Source: Rebecca billardiae RCC1528
Lineage: Eukaryota > Protista > Haptophyta
DNA: 64,000 bases
NCBI GenBank assembly: GCA_965240325.2
Contig: OZ251243.1
Location: forward strand, 248,001 to 312,000
Direction: 5' to 3'
A model generated the notes under the pieces. That model was given only the letters and a program-made list of their open reading frames with translations, was not told where the DNA came from and ran no database searches. Shown here piece after piece: positions 1 to 13,513 of this stretch; the stretch's first letter is position 1; each line of letters begins with the position of its first letter. Both the position numbers and the translations under genes were made by a program.

Positions 1-2
1 TG

Positions 3-143
3 CACGTCAACTCAAAGGCACACGGGCGCGAGATGCTCAACCACACCACGCGCCTGCTGCGCGGCTTCTACGCGCCCTTCAACGCGCAGCTCTTCGAGCT
101 GATCGGCAGGCGGATGCGCGGCTGGGACGGCCGGCGCCAGTGA
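3..143 (+). CDS. 3' end of an upstream sulfotransferase paralog (partial, runs off the window start)
   Basis: Translates HVNSKAHGREMLNHTTRLLRGFYAPFNAQLFELIGRRMRGWDGRRQ*. Near-identical at DNA level to ~1228-1369, the C-terminus of the next gene. Confidence 0.85.
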   Translation, partial: HVNSKAHGREMLNHTTRLLRGFYAPFNAQLFELIGRRMRGWDGRRQ

Positions 144-265
144 GGGCGATCGGCGCAGTGGTCCCCCATACATGATCGAACGAATGACGAGTGCTGATGA
201 CGACTTGACACTGAGTCACACTGACGACACTGACGACACCGAATTCATCACACTCCGATGAAGCA

Positions 266-1369
266 ATGGCGCCCGGCGCGCTGCGCCGAACGGTTGGCGC
301 GCTCCTCGTCGTGGGCGCGGGCGCGAGCGCGCAGGCGGCGGCGGCAGCGCTGTACCGTGGGTGCACGCCCCAGCACCACGGCGTCGCGGGCTCGACGCTG
401 CCCAACCTCGTCGTGATCGGCGTGCAGAAGGCCGGCACCACCTCGCTCAGGCAGGTGCTCAGGAAGTCGTCCGACGTCTGCTGGAACCGGAGCGGCCCCG
501 AGGTGCGCTTCTTCGACGACCCAAGCTTCCGGAACCACTCGGTCGACGCGATGGCGCTCAGGCGGTACGCCGGTCTGTGGTCCATGTGCGCGTCCGGCAA
601 GGTGCGCGCGGAGAAGACACCCAACTACTTGCTCGCGCCGCGCACGGCGCTGCGCGCGTGCGAGGCGTTGCACGCGCCCGCGCTCGCCGTCATTCTGCGC
701 GAGCCGGCAGCGCGCGCCTTCTCGTCCTTCTTCCAGACGATGTCGAGACCATGGGCCCCATCCCGCCTCAAGGTGCCTGACAGCGCCCACGGCTTCGACC
801 AGGTCGCGCGGCTCGACGTCGAGATCGCGACCAAGTGCGGAGGCGTGCCGACGGCGCAGATGCTCGACGGCGTGCCGAGCGCGCGAGAGCGCGCGGTGTT
901 CCAGACGTGCTGCACGTTCGTCGCGCGCGTGCACGGGCACGCGCACTGGCCCGGCTGCATCTGCGACGAGCGCACCTACAACTGCATGCCCTTTGGCGAC
1001 AATCGCGCTATGCCCGTGCGCATGGGCGTGTACGCAGCGTACCTGCGGCAGTGGTACACGCGCCACCCGGCGTCCTCGCTGGCCGTGCTCGACTTTGCGG
1101 ACGTGGTGACCAACATGGCGGGCACCGCGCGCGCGCTCGTGCGGCTCGCGCAGACGCCGGCACACGCGCGCCACGCGGGCGCGCACGCGCACCTGCTGCC
1201 GCCCAGCGCGCAGTCGTCGCACGGCGTGCACGTCAACTCAAAGGCACACGGGCGCGAGATGCTCAACCACACCGCGCGCCTGCTGCGCGGCTTCTACGCG
1301 CCCTTCAACGAGGAACTCTTCGAGCTGATCGGCAGGCGGATGCGCGGCCGGGACGGCCGGCCCCAGTGA
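266..1369 (+). CDS. Sulfotransferase, heparan-sulfate 3-O/N-sulfotransferase-like (Sulfotransfer_1/3 family), with N-terminal signal or anchor
   Basis: 5'-PAPS loop IGVQKAGTTSL, EVRFFD, EKTPNYL, 3'-PAPS motif ILREPAARAFSSF, C-terminal LRGFYAPFNEELFELIG; hydrophobic N-terminus. Confidence 0.9.
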   Translation: MAPGALRRTVGALLVVGAGASAQAAAAALYRGCTPQHHGVAGSTLPNLVVIGVQKAGTTSLRQVLRKSSDVCWNRSGPEVRFFDDPSFRNHSVDAMALRRYAGLWSMCASGKVRAEKTPNYLLAPRTALRACEALHAPALAVILREPAARAFSSFFQTMSRPWAPSRLKVPDSAHGFDQVARLDVEIATKCGGVPTAQMLDGVPSARERAVFQTCCTFVARVHGHAHWPGCICDERTYNCMPFGDNRAMPVRMGVYAAYLRQWYTRHPASSLAVLDFADVVTNMAGTARALVRLAQTPAHARHAGAHAHLLPPSAQSSHGVHVNSKAHGREMLNHTARLLRGFYAPFNEELFELIGRRMRGRDGRPQ

Positions 1370-1695
1370 GGGCGGACGGCGCAGCGGTTGGCGCTTGTCC
1401 CATTCCAGCACACGGGCCTGATCAGCCGGCGCCACCGCCTGCGCGCGGCCCGGATGGATGGGCGCGTTCGGCCGCATTCGTCGCGGTGCCGGAGGAGCCA
1501 GGAAGCTGCATGCCCGGGTGCCTGCTCGCCGTCCGAAGTCCGTCTCCCGGTCTCCCCGGTCGAGTCCCGGACGACGACGAACGGCCATCGGTGCCATCCG
1601 CGAGTACTGCACTCGGCGGATTTACTCTGCAGACGTAGACTCTGCTGGGACGACGACGCGCGAACGCGTTGATGATCATCAGCGCATATATGATG

Positions 1696-2602
<907 letters not shown>

Positions 2603-2608
2603 ATATAT

Positions 2609-3535
<927 letters not shown>

Positions 3536-3603
3536 TGACGATATGATGATGACTGCTATAATACAGCAAATATATATATCGTCGCCATAGAGATACCGCG
3601 TTG

Positions 3604-5211
3604 CTAGACGGCCGCTGCTGCCGCCGCCGCCGCGCCGCCGGGCGCGACGCGGTTCTCGCGCCCCCCTTCGAGCGCGCGCCGCAGCGCGCGCACGTGCGCG
3701 AGCTCGTTGCGCTTGGCGAGCTCGTTGATCGCCGCCACCGTGTCCGGCTCCGCGTGGTTGAGCCGCATGTCCACCTGCCGCAGCGTCGAGTTGTTCTCGA
3801 GCGCGGCGCGCACGAGCCGCGCCGCCTGCTCGTCGAGGGCGTTGCCCGAGAGGTCGAGCGCCGTGAGCGACGCGTTCTTGGGCAGCATGGCGTAGAGCGC
3901 CTGCGCCACCTCGGACTCGCACGCGTTGCACGAGAGGTTGAGCTTCGCGAGCGTCGCGTTCTGCCGGCACCCCTCGAGCAGGAAGTGCCCCCCCTCGTCC
4001 CCCAGCCGGTTGAGCCTCAGGTTGAGCGACTGCAGCGACATGTTCACCTTGAGCGCGCGCCCGAGGTACTTGCCGCCGTCCGCGTGCACGTGGTTGTCGG
4101 CGAGGTCGAGGGAGACGAGGACGGAGGTGGGCGAGAGCAGCTTCGCCAGCGCCTTCACGCCGCGGTCCGCCACCTTGTTGTGCGAGAGGTCCAGGCACGT
4201 GATCGTCGAGTTGGCCGCCATGCCCGACGCGAGGATGCGCACGCCGTTGTCGTCGAGCTGGTTAGACGGCAGCGACATGATCGACAGCGTCTCGGTCACG
4301 CGCAGCGCCTTGGCGAGGGAGGTGACGTCGGCGATCTTCATGCCGAAGAGCGAGCGGTCGTAGTCCATGCCTGCGCGCGCGCCGCGCGCGCGAGCGGCGG
4401 CGCGCCCGGCGCGCGCGGTCAGTCGCGCCGAGCGAGCGCGCCGGCGGGCGGTGCGCGCGCGCGCGGCCGCGCGCATGCGCGGCGGGGCGCACCGATGGAG
4501 AGGACGCCGTACGAGAGCTCGAGGCTGGAGAGCGTGGGCACGTTCTGGAACACCATCTCCAGGTCGAGGTGCGAGAGGAACTGCCGGATGCGCAGCGTGA
4601 ACACGTAGTCCTGGGAGGGGGGAGGGCGCGAGGCGGCGCGGCGGCGGCGGCCGGGTGAGCGCTCGTGTCGCTTCGGCGCGCGCTTCGGCGCGCGCGTGGG
4701 CGCGCGCACCTTGGAGAGCGCGAGGAGCTTGAGCAGCTCCTCGTTCGTCTGCGCCGCCGGGTCGAACGCCTCGAGGAACTCCTGCAGGTTGCGCTCGAAG
4801 TAGAGCCGCTTCCACGAGGAGCCGTGCTGCACGATCTGGCAGTTGTCCCATCTCCGCATGGCGCAGCGCTTCCAGTAGCCCTCGTCGTCGATGAGCGGCC
4901 CGGTGATCTCGAGGGGCAGCTTCTCGGGCAGCAGCGAGGTCACGCGCTGCACGAAGCGCGTCGGGATGCCTCGCAGCGTCGGCCGAGCTGCGCGGCGCGG
5001 CGCGGCGAGCCGAGCGCACGCGCGCGCGCGCGGCGTCAGCGCGCGCGGCGCGGCGCGGCGCGCCGCGCCGTGCGCGCGAGGGGCGGCGGAGCGCGTGCGA
5101 GCGCGCACATGCAAAGTGCGCGGAGATCACATCGATGCACAGGTCGGCAAGTGGGCGCGGGTTGAGCGCCTCGAGGAGGGGCGTGGGCTTGGCGCCCCTC
5201 GCGGCGGACAT
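3604..5211 (-). CDS. DRC5: Dynein regulatory complex subunit 5 (TCTE1-like LRR protein); exons 5211-5109, 4987-4710, 4610-4493, 4370-3604
   Basis: Spliced product contains DDEGYWKRC..HGSSWKRLYFERNLQEFLEAFDP, DYVFTLRIRQFLSHLDL, LSYGV..GMDYDRSLFGMK, then RI-type LRRs. Three GT-AG introns restore the frame. Confidence 0.88.
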   Translation of the reverse strand: MSAARGAKPTPLLEALNPRPLADLCIDVISAHFACARSHALRRPSRARRGAPRRAARADAARARVRSARRAAPRSSADAARHPDALRAARDLAAAREAAPRDHRAAHRRRGLLEALRHAEMGQLPDRAARLLVEAALLRAQPAGVPRGVRPGGADERGAAQAPRALQGARAHARAEARAEATRALTRPPPPRRLAPSPLPGLRVHAAHPAVPLAPRPGDGVPERAHALQPRALVRRPLHRCAPPRMRAAARARTARRRARSARLTARAGRAAARARGARAGMDYDRSLFGMKIADVTSLAKALRVTETLSIMSLPSNQLDDNGVRILASGMAANSTITCLDLSHNKVADRGVKALAKLLSPTSVLVSLDLADNHVHADGGKYLGRALKVNMSLQSLNLRLNRLGDEGGHFLLEGCRQNATLAKLNLSCNACESEVAQALYAMLPKNASLTALDLSGNALDEQAARLVRAALENNSTLRQVDMRLNHAEPDTVAAINELAKRNELAHVRALRRALEGGRENRVAPGGAAAAAAAAV

Positions 5212-5441
5212 GCTGAAATGGCGCCCGAGAGCGGGCCGGTGTTTTGAAACCGACCCGCCAAACCCTTGCCGCCAACGCCGAATCGCCGATTCGTCGAGCA
5301 AAGCTGAATCTGAAGTGCGTCCGGGCGGGCGTGGGCGACTGGGCGTTGGCGTTTTGGGGCTTTGGCCCGAGCGATCGCGTCCAGTCGACGCGCGAGCTTG
5401 GCCCAAATTTGGCCGGCCCCAATCGGCTTTTCGTGCGTACG

Positions 5442-6069
5442 ATGAGTGCTCACGAACAGGTTCAACCCAAACAGACCCAACGCAGCAGGGCGCCCCGGCT
5501 TGTGCGCTGCATCCGCGGGGCCTTGATGGCGTCGCCGGAGGGCAGCAGCGCCAGCGCGGAGCGGACGCACCGGCACGCGACGCTCGCCGACGTGCACGCG
5601 AGCGCGCGCTACTTTGCGCGCCGCGCCGACGACGACGAGCTCCTCGCCGAGCACGACCGCCTTGTGCGCGCTGCGCACGATGCTAGTGGCGCGCGCAGCG
5701 CTGCGGGCTACGACCGCGCCGCGCGTCTGCTCGGCCGGGCGCTGCGCTACGCGTTCGAGCTGCCCACCGTGCTCTCGCTCGTGAACGCGCGCCTCAAGCT
5801 CGGCGACCTCGCCTTCGCCCACGCCGTCTACAACTACCTGCTCGACGGCTCTGCGGCCAACGACGGCGTCACGCTGAGCGCGCCCAACCGGCGCATGCTG
5901 GGCCAGATGCGCGCGACGGCGGCGGAGGCGCTGGTCGAGACGAGCGCGGACGTGGACGTGCGCTCGCACGCGCGGCGCGAGGCGCAGGACGCGTGGCACA
6001 CGCACCGCACCGCCTCCCGCCACCACGACGCCGCCCTCGACCGGGAGGCGGGCCTCATGCCGCCGCCGC

Positions 6070-6118
<49 letters not shown>

Positions 6119-9100
6119 GCACGGCGGCGGCGGGCCGAGCAGCGAGGGCGGCGCGCGGCGCGGGAGCGGGGGCAGGGAGCGCGGCGGCGCCGCCGAGCAC
6201 GCCTCCTCCTCGCAGCACCGCTCGCGCTCGCGCCACGGCCGCGACGGCGGCGGGCGCAGCAGCAACCCTGCGCGCCGCCACTCGCGATCGTCTGAGCCGC
6301 GGCCGGAGTCTCCGCTGCCGCCGCCCTCGCCCGCGCTGCCGTTCGAGCTGGTGCTGCCGTCTGTGGACGCGCTCGCGGCGAAGGTGCGCGCGCGCTCGCT
6401 CTCGCCCGCCTCCTCCTTCGGCGCGCCGCGCACGCCCTCGCCCGCCGAGCGCGAGCGCGCGCGCAGCGCGCGCGAGCCGTCGGCGCGCGGCCGCGGCGCT
6501 CTCGAGGCGGCGGGCGCGGACGGCGGCGCGCGCGGCGGCGGCGGCGGCGGCGGGCGGGCGCGGCGGCGGATCTCGATGCGCGAGGCGACGCGCGCGGCGC
6601 TGGTGATGCAGCGCTGCGCGCGCGGCTTCCTCGCCCGCCTCGGCGCCGCCGAGCGCCGCGAGGCCGCCGAGTTTGTACAGGCGCATTGGCGCGGCGCGCT
6701 CGGCCGGAGGCGCGCGCGCGCGCTGCGCGTCGCGCGCGCGGCGCTCGCGCGCGCGCCGCTGCGGCACGCGTCGCCCGGCCGCGGCGGCGCGGGCGAGTGG
6801 CGCACGGCGAGCTTCGGCCGCTCCGAGAGCCCGCGCAGGCGCCTCTCCCTCCCATCCTTCTTCGGCGCCGACGGCGGCGCGGCCGCGGGCGGCGCCGACG
6901 GCGGCGCCGCCGCCGCCGGCGGCGGCGCGGGCGCGGGCTCGGCGCGCGCCTCGGCCTCGCCCGCAAAGTCGTGGGGGACGGCGCGCGCGGCGGCGACGCT
7001 GGTGGCGGCGGGCGCGGCGGCCGCGGCGCGCACCGCCGCGGCCGCCGTGCGCCGCCGCTCCTCCTCCGGCGGCCGCCAGCTCCGCGCCGTGCTCCGAGTG
7101 CAGGCGGCGGCGCGCGCGTTGCTCGCGCGGCGCGCGGCGCGGCGGCGGCGGCGCGCGGCCGCGGCGCTGCAGGCAGGCGCGCGCGGCTGGCGCGTGCGCG
7201 CGGCGCTGGCGCGCAGGCGCGGCGCGGCGACGGTGCTGCAGGCGCACGCGCGCGGGATGGCGACGCGCGACCGCGTCGCCCTCGAGTACGCCGCGTTCCT
7301 CGCCGCCCGAGCGCTGCAGGCTGCTGCGCGCGGCTGGCGCGTGCGGCGGCGGCTGCGGCCGCGCGCGCCGTGGCGCGCGCCGCTGCTGCCGGCGGCGGCG
7401 GCGGCGGGCGGCGCGGGCGGCGCGGAGAGCGCGCGGTCGCACTCGGCGCTGGCGCACACGCGGCGCCACCGCCTCTCCGCCATGTCCGCCGGCACGCCGG
7501 ACGAGGCCGGCGCCACGAGCCAGCGCGCGGGCGGCGCGGGCGGCGCGGACGGCGCGGCCGCGGCCGACAGGGCGTCGGCGGCGGCTGAGGCGGCGGCCGA
7601 AGCGGCCGAACTCGAAGCGGAGTTGGAAGCGCTGCTGCTGGGGGGTGGCGGCGGGGGCGGCGGCGCGGCAGGGGCGGAGGAGGAGGGCGGGCCGAGCCGC
7701 GGGCCGCCGCCGCCGCTGGCGGTCGACGAGCCGCTGCCTCCGTCTGCTGCGGAGCGCGGCGGCGGCGGCGCCGCCGCCGCCGCCGCCGCCAACGCGGACA
7801 GTGCGTCGGGCGGCGGCGCGGAGGCGCGCGCGCGCTCGCCCGGCGCGCGCGCGCTGGTGGGCTCGGCGGAGGCGGCGGCGGCGGAGGCTTTGCGCTCGGC
7901 GCCGCCGCGGCCGCCGCGCTCGCCGCACAGCCCCGCCGCGTCGGCGGTGCCCGCCGCCACCTCCTCCATCCAACCCCACCCCCGCCAGCACGCAGCAGCA
8001 GCAGCACAGCAGCCCGGCGCGGCCGCGGCCGCGGCCGCGCCGCGCGGCGGCGGCAGCGGCCTTGGCAGCGGCCTGAGCATTGCCCCCGTGTCTCGCGGGG
8101 TTGGCTCCGCCGCGAGTCTCGGCAGCGCGGCCGCGCGGCCCGACCCGACGCTGGGCGAGCGGCTGCGCCGGCAGCGCGCCAAGGCGGGCGAGCCGGACGC
8201 GGAGGTGAGCGTGGGGCCGACGGCGGGCGTCGACTACGTCCCCTGGGCGCCGCGGCCGGGCGCGGGCGCGCGCGCGCTCGCCGCCGCCGCGGCCGCGGAC
8301 GCTGCGACGGACGAGGAGGGGGAGGGCGATGGCGGCGGTGTTGTGGGCGGGAGCGGCGGCGGGAGCCGCGGCGACAGCCGCCGCGCGTCCGCCGACAGCA
8401 CCGCCCTCTCCGTCGCCGACGAGCTCGAGGATCTCATCCTCGGCGCAGCTGCCGCCTCCGCCGCCGCCGCCGCCGCCGCCGCCGCGGCCTCGGCCGCCCC
8501 GCCGGCCGAGCCGGCCGCCGCGCCGCCCCGGCGCGGCGCGCGCGCGGTGCGCTTTGCCGAGCCGGGCGGCGCTGAGGGTGCGGCCGAGCTGGGCGCGCGC
8601 ACGCGCTCGCCGAGCGAGGGGCCGTCGTCGCCCCGCGCGTCCGAGCGCTTCCTCGAGGCGCGCAGGGCGCTCGAGCGCAAGTTCAACCATGCGCACGGCG
8701 GCGGCCGCGCGCACGGCGGCGGTGGGCTGTCGACGGCGGCGCCGGCCGCGCGCGCGGCCGCGCCGCCGGGCGGCGGCGCCGGCTCGGAGGCGGCGGGCGC
8801 GGCGGGCGCGGGCGCGGCGCCGGCGCTGCAGCCGACGCACGCCACGCTGCGCGCCGCCGTGCCCGCGGGCGCGATGTCGCTGCCCGTCGACTCCGGCGCG
8901 GCGCTCCTGCCCGCGCTGCCGCGCGCGCTCGCGCGACTCAACGCGGGCGGCGGCAGCGACGAGCAATGCTGGGTGGCAGGTGGCGCGGGCGGCGGCGCGG
9001 CGGCTTTGCGCGCGGAGGGCGGCGAGGAGGATGGCGACGCGGAGGGCGGGGGCCCGCGCGTGCTGCTCGCGACGCCGACGCAGCACGCGCACGCCGCGGG

Positions 9101-9138
9101 CGAGGCCGTCACCATCCGCCCGCCCGACTATGCCGAGC

Positions 9139-9178
<40 letters not shown>

Positions 9179-12100
9179 GGCCGACGCGGGCGGCGCGCGC
9201 GGCCGCGAGGCCGTGCTCGCACGCGTGCACGCGCACGCGCACGCGGCCGCGCTCGCCGGCGCGGCGGGGCCGGCGTTCGGCGTGGGGCACGCGCTCGGCG
9301 CCGACGCGGCCGACGCGGCGAGTGCCAGCGCCGCGCGCCGCGCCTCCGCCGACGGCCTCGCCGCGCCGCCGCCGTCGTCGATTGCGGCGGCGATGGCGGC
9401 GGCGGCGGCGGCGGCGGCGGCCGGCGCGGCGGCGGCGGCGGAGGCGGAGGGCGCGGAGGGCGGCGCGCTGAGCTTGGGCGTGCCGCCGGCGCTGCGCCCG
9501 GCGGGGCCCACGCCCTTCTGGCAGCCGCCGTCGGACGGGTTGCTCTCGCCCGCCGACGCCGCCAACGCCGAGCGCGGCGGCGCGAGCGCCGCCGCAGCCA
9601 CCGTGCTGGCCGGCGCGTCGCGCTCTCGCGCCGGGGTGGCGGGCGCGGCGTTCGCGCGCGCCGGCAGCGGCGCGCGGCTCGGCGCGGAGGGCGGCGGCGG
9701 GGCGGGCGAGCGGCCCGCGGGCGCGGGCGCGCCCGAGCCCGCCGCGCTCGGCGCGGGCGGCATCGTGGGCATGGCCGCCCTCGCCGGCGGCGCCGGCTTC
9801 GGCGCGGCGTTTGCCGCCGCGGCCGCGGCCGCGCGCGGCGGCCAGCCTCTGAGCGCTGCTGGCACCGCGGGCCTCGACGGCGCGCGCGCGCGGCGCGGCG
9901 CGCTGTCCGCCGCGGCGGCGGCGGCGGACGACGCGCGCGGCGCGATGGTGGCGGCGCAGGTCGCGGGCGCGTGGTGCCACGCCGCCGGCCTCCCCGGCCA
10001 CGTCGGCATGGCGCGCCTCGTCGGCGGCGCGTTCGCTCGGCGGCACGCGCTCGCGGCGTGGGCGCGCGGCGCCGCACGCATCGGCTGGGCGCGCGAGCTC
10101 GCGCGCGCGACGGTGGCGGCGTGGGCGCACGTGGACGCGCGCGCGGGCGTGGGCGCGCTGCGCGCGCACGCGCGCGCGCGCGCCGCCGCGCGCGCCGCCG
10201 ACGCCGCGCACGCCGCGCGCGCCGCCGACGCGCGGCCGCGCGCGGCCGCGCGGCTCGCGGCGCGCGGCGCGCTCGGCGCGTGGCGCGCGGCCGCGCTGCC
10301 CGCCGCGCGCGGCGCGCGCGGCGCGGCGGCGCTCTCGCGCGCGCGCGCGCTCGGCGGCGCGCTCGGCGCGTGGCGCGCGTCCGCCGCGAGCGCGCGCCTC
10401 GGCGCCGCCGCGTTCGGCGCGGCGCGCACGCACGCGCTCGCGCTGCGCGTCCTCGGCCCGTGGCGGCGGCGCGCGGCGGCGGCGACGCGCGCCGCCGCGG
10501 CCGTCGGCGCGCGGCGCGGCGCGGTCGCAAGCATGCCGCGCCGCCTGCTGCTCGCGCGGTGGCGCGCGCGGCATCGGCGGCGCGCGGGCGGCGCGCGCTC
10601 GGTGCGCGCGCTGCGCGCGCGGCACGCCGCCGCCGCCGCCGAGCGCGCGCTCGCCGCGCTGCGCCGCACGCTCGCCGCCGCGGACCGCGCCGCCGCCGCG
10701 GCCGCGCGCTGGCGGCGCGGCGCGGCCGCGCGCGCGCTGCGCGCGCTCGGCGCGCGCGCGGCGCACGCCGAGGCGCGCGTGGCGCTGCCGCGCGCCGCGC
10801 GGCGGCACCGCCGCGCGGCGGCGCTGCGCGCGCTCGGCGTCGCAGCGCGCGCCGCCGCCGCGCGCGCCGCCGCCGCCGCGCGCGGCCCGCGCGCCGCGCG
10901 CCGGCGCGCGCACGCCCACTGGCGCGCGTCCGCCGCCGCGTTCGCTTCGACAGTCGTGCGCGCGCGGCGGCTCGCGCTTGCGGCGGCGCGCTCGCTCGCG
11001 CGCGCGTGGCTGTCGCGCGCGGCGGCGCACGCGCGCGGCCGCGCGGCGTTCGGCGCGTCGGCCGCGCTCGCGCGCCGCCGCGCGCGCGGCCGCGCGCTCG
11101 CGCGCCTCGCCGCCGCGTGCTACGCGCGCCGCGCGCGCCGCGCCGCCGCGCCCGCCGCGCCGACGGCGCGCGCCGCGTCGGCGGGCGCGGCGCGGCGCGC
11201 GCGCGCGCTGCGCGCGCTGCGCGCCGCCGTGCCGCCCGCGCGCGCCGCGGCGCACCTGCGCGCGCGCGCCGACTTTGTGCGCGCGCGCCGCGCCGCGCGC
11301 GCGTGGCGGCGTGCCACGCCGGCGCTCGCCGCCGCCGCCGCGCGCCGCGCCGCGTGCGCGGCGCTGCGCGCGCGCGCCGCGCTGCGCGCGCTCGGCGGCG
11401 CGCGCGCGGCCGCCGCCGAGCGCCGCCGCGCGCGCCGCGGCCTCGAACGCGCCGCCGACGGCTTCTGCGCGCAGAGCGACGCGCGCGCGGCGGCGCGCGC
11501 GCTCGGCGCGCTCGCGGCGTACCGGCTGCGCGCGCGCGCCGCGGTGCGCGCGGCGCTCGAGACGATGCGCTGGTCGATGCCGCCCACCTCTGCGCTGCAA
11601 CAGCTGATTTCTGCAGAGCCGCCCGCGCGGATGGCGGCGAGCGCGCGCGGCGCGGCCGAGCTGCGCGGTGTGATCCGCGCGCTGCGCCGGCTCACCGCGG
11701 CGGACGGCCGCGCCGCGCCCGCCGCCGGCCTCTCCCGCGCGCGCGCGCACGCCGCCGCCGCCGCGTGGGGCTACCCGCCGCCGCCGCCGCCGCACTTGCA
11801 CACGCACGCCGACCGCGCAGACGGCGGCGGCAGCGAGGCGTCCGCGTCGGCGGCGCCGTCGGAGGCGGGCGGCGCCGACGAGCTCGGCGGGTGGTATGCG
11901 CTCAACTACGGCGGCGGCGCGCCGACGCGCGCGCAGCGCCCCGGCCGCCGGCCGCGCGCCACGCCGCTCGGCGGCGCCGACAACGCGCACGCCGGCGCCG
12001 ACGGCGGTTACGCCGGGCAGCTGACAGCGCTGCTGCGGCGCGCGCTCGACCGCGAGACCGCGCAGCAGCGCGCGGCGTGGCGCGCGCGCGCGGCCGCGGA

Positions 12101-13325
12101 GGCGGCGGCGCGCGAGCGCACGCGGCAGCGGCAGTGGGCGGCGTCCACCGCGGCCGTCGCGTACGCCGCGGGCGCGGCGGGCGCGCCGCCGCCACCCATC
12201 GCCCTGATGGACGGCGGCGGCGGCGGCGCCGCCGCCGCCGCCGCCGCGCTCCGCGCCGCGTCCACGCCGCGCGGCGGGCGCCGCCCCTTCTCTCCGCCTG
12301 CCCAGCTGCTCAGGGCGGGCGGCGGCGCGCAGTACTGGCCGGCGGGGCCCGCGGGCGGCGTGCTCGAGACGGCGCGGCTGCTCGGGTACGACGTGCACGG
12401 CGCGCCCGCGCCGCACCGCTACCACGCCGCCGCCGCGTCGCGCGGCGGCGGCGGCCATGCTGGCGGCGGCCATGCTGGCGGCGGCCATGCTGGCGGCGGC
12501 CATGCTGATTACGGCGGTGGCCTCTTTGGGCGCGCGCCCGCGCACGGCCCGCCGCGGCCGTCGGCGCCGCTCGGGTTCGGCTCGTCGGTGGCGCGCGACG
12601 CGCTGCCCATCGGCGCGCGCGCCTCCGAGCTCGGCCACCTCGCGGCGCACGACCCCGAGCTCCACGCCGCGGGCGGCGCGGGCGCGGGCGCGGGCGCGGC
12701 GCGGCGGCGCGCGGGCAGCGCGCCGCGCGGCGGCGGCTCGCGGCCCGGCCGCACCTCCGCCTCCACCGCCTCCTCGCGCGCGCACGCGGGCGTGCCGCAC
12801 GCGGTGCCGTCGGTGGTGAAGCTGCGCCCGCCCTCGCCCGCGCCCTCCGCGGCGCGCCCCGGCCGCCGCGCCGCCGCCAAGCCGCTCGGCGGCGGCGGCG
12901 GCGCGCGGCGCGCGCGCGCGCGCGCGCTCGACGGCGGCGCGGGCGCGGGCGCGCCGCCGCCGCCGCCGCCGCCTCGCTTTGAGGAGGACTGGGACGGCGG
13001 CTCGGCGGTGTCGACGGAGGTGGGCGGCGGCGACGACGAGCTCGCCGCGCGCGTGGACGAGCAGCACGCCGCCACCGGCGCCGCGGGGCGCGACGCCTTC
13101 ACCTACTCATGTGGGTACGCCCGCGAGGGCCTGGCCGCGAGCGCCGTCGTCCACCGGCAGCCGCTCTCCGCCGCGGCGGCCGCGCGCTCGCGCGCGCCGT
13201 TCCCGCGCTGGCCGGGGGACGAGGGCGGCGCGGAGGAGGAGGACGACGACGCGACGACCGACGGCGGCGGGGGCGGGCTGGACGAGGGCCCCTCGCACAT
13301 GAGCCACTCGCTGCTCTCCGCCTGA
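5442..13325 (+). CDS. Large low-complexity protein with ~6 IQ calmodulin-binding motifs and Sfi1-like Trp-periodic helical repeats
   Basis: VMQRCARGFLAR, FVQAHWRGALGRR, LQAGARGWRVR, LQAHARGMATR, LQAAARGWRVRR; repeated LAAW/LGAWR units at ~9950-11580. The start could also be ATG 5526, and cryptic introns are not excluded. Confidence 0.65.
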
Positions 13326-13513
13326 TGAACTACTACGGCAGACGATCAGCGCATGTCGTCATCGTCCTCATCGTTGTCGTTGAGACGACTACAACTGTCG
13401 ATCGACTGTCACAGACAGACATGCAGATGCGACGCGACGACATATCTATCTTATTTGTTTTTAAATAAATCGTCCGCGTCCGGCCGACGAATAAGAGGCG
13501 GACGGACGGCGCC

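Noticed and set aside
5127-13067. 2646-aa antisense ORF, and many other long overlapping Arg/Ala-rich ORFs (e.g. 50196-55292, 58146-62054, 19136-22582)
   Set aside because: Shadow frames caused by stop-codon scarcity at extreme GC; they carry no domain motifs, whereas the opposite or alternative frame does.
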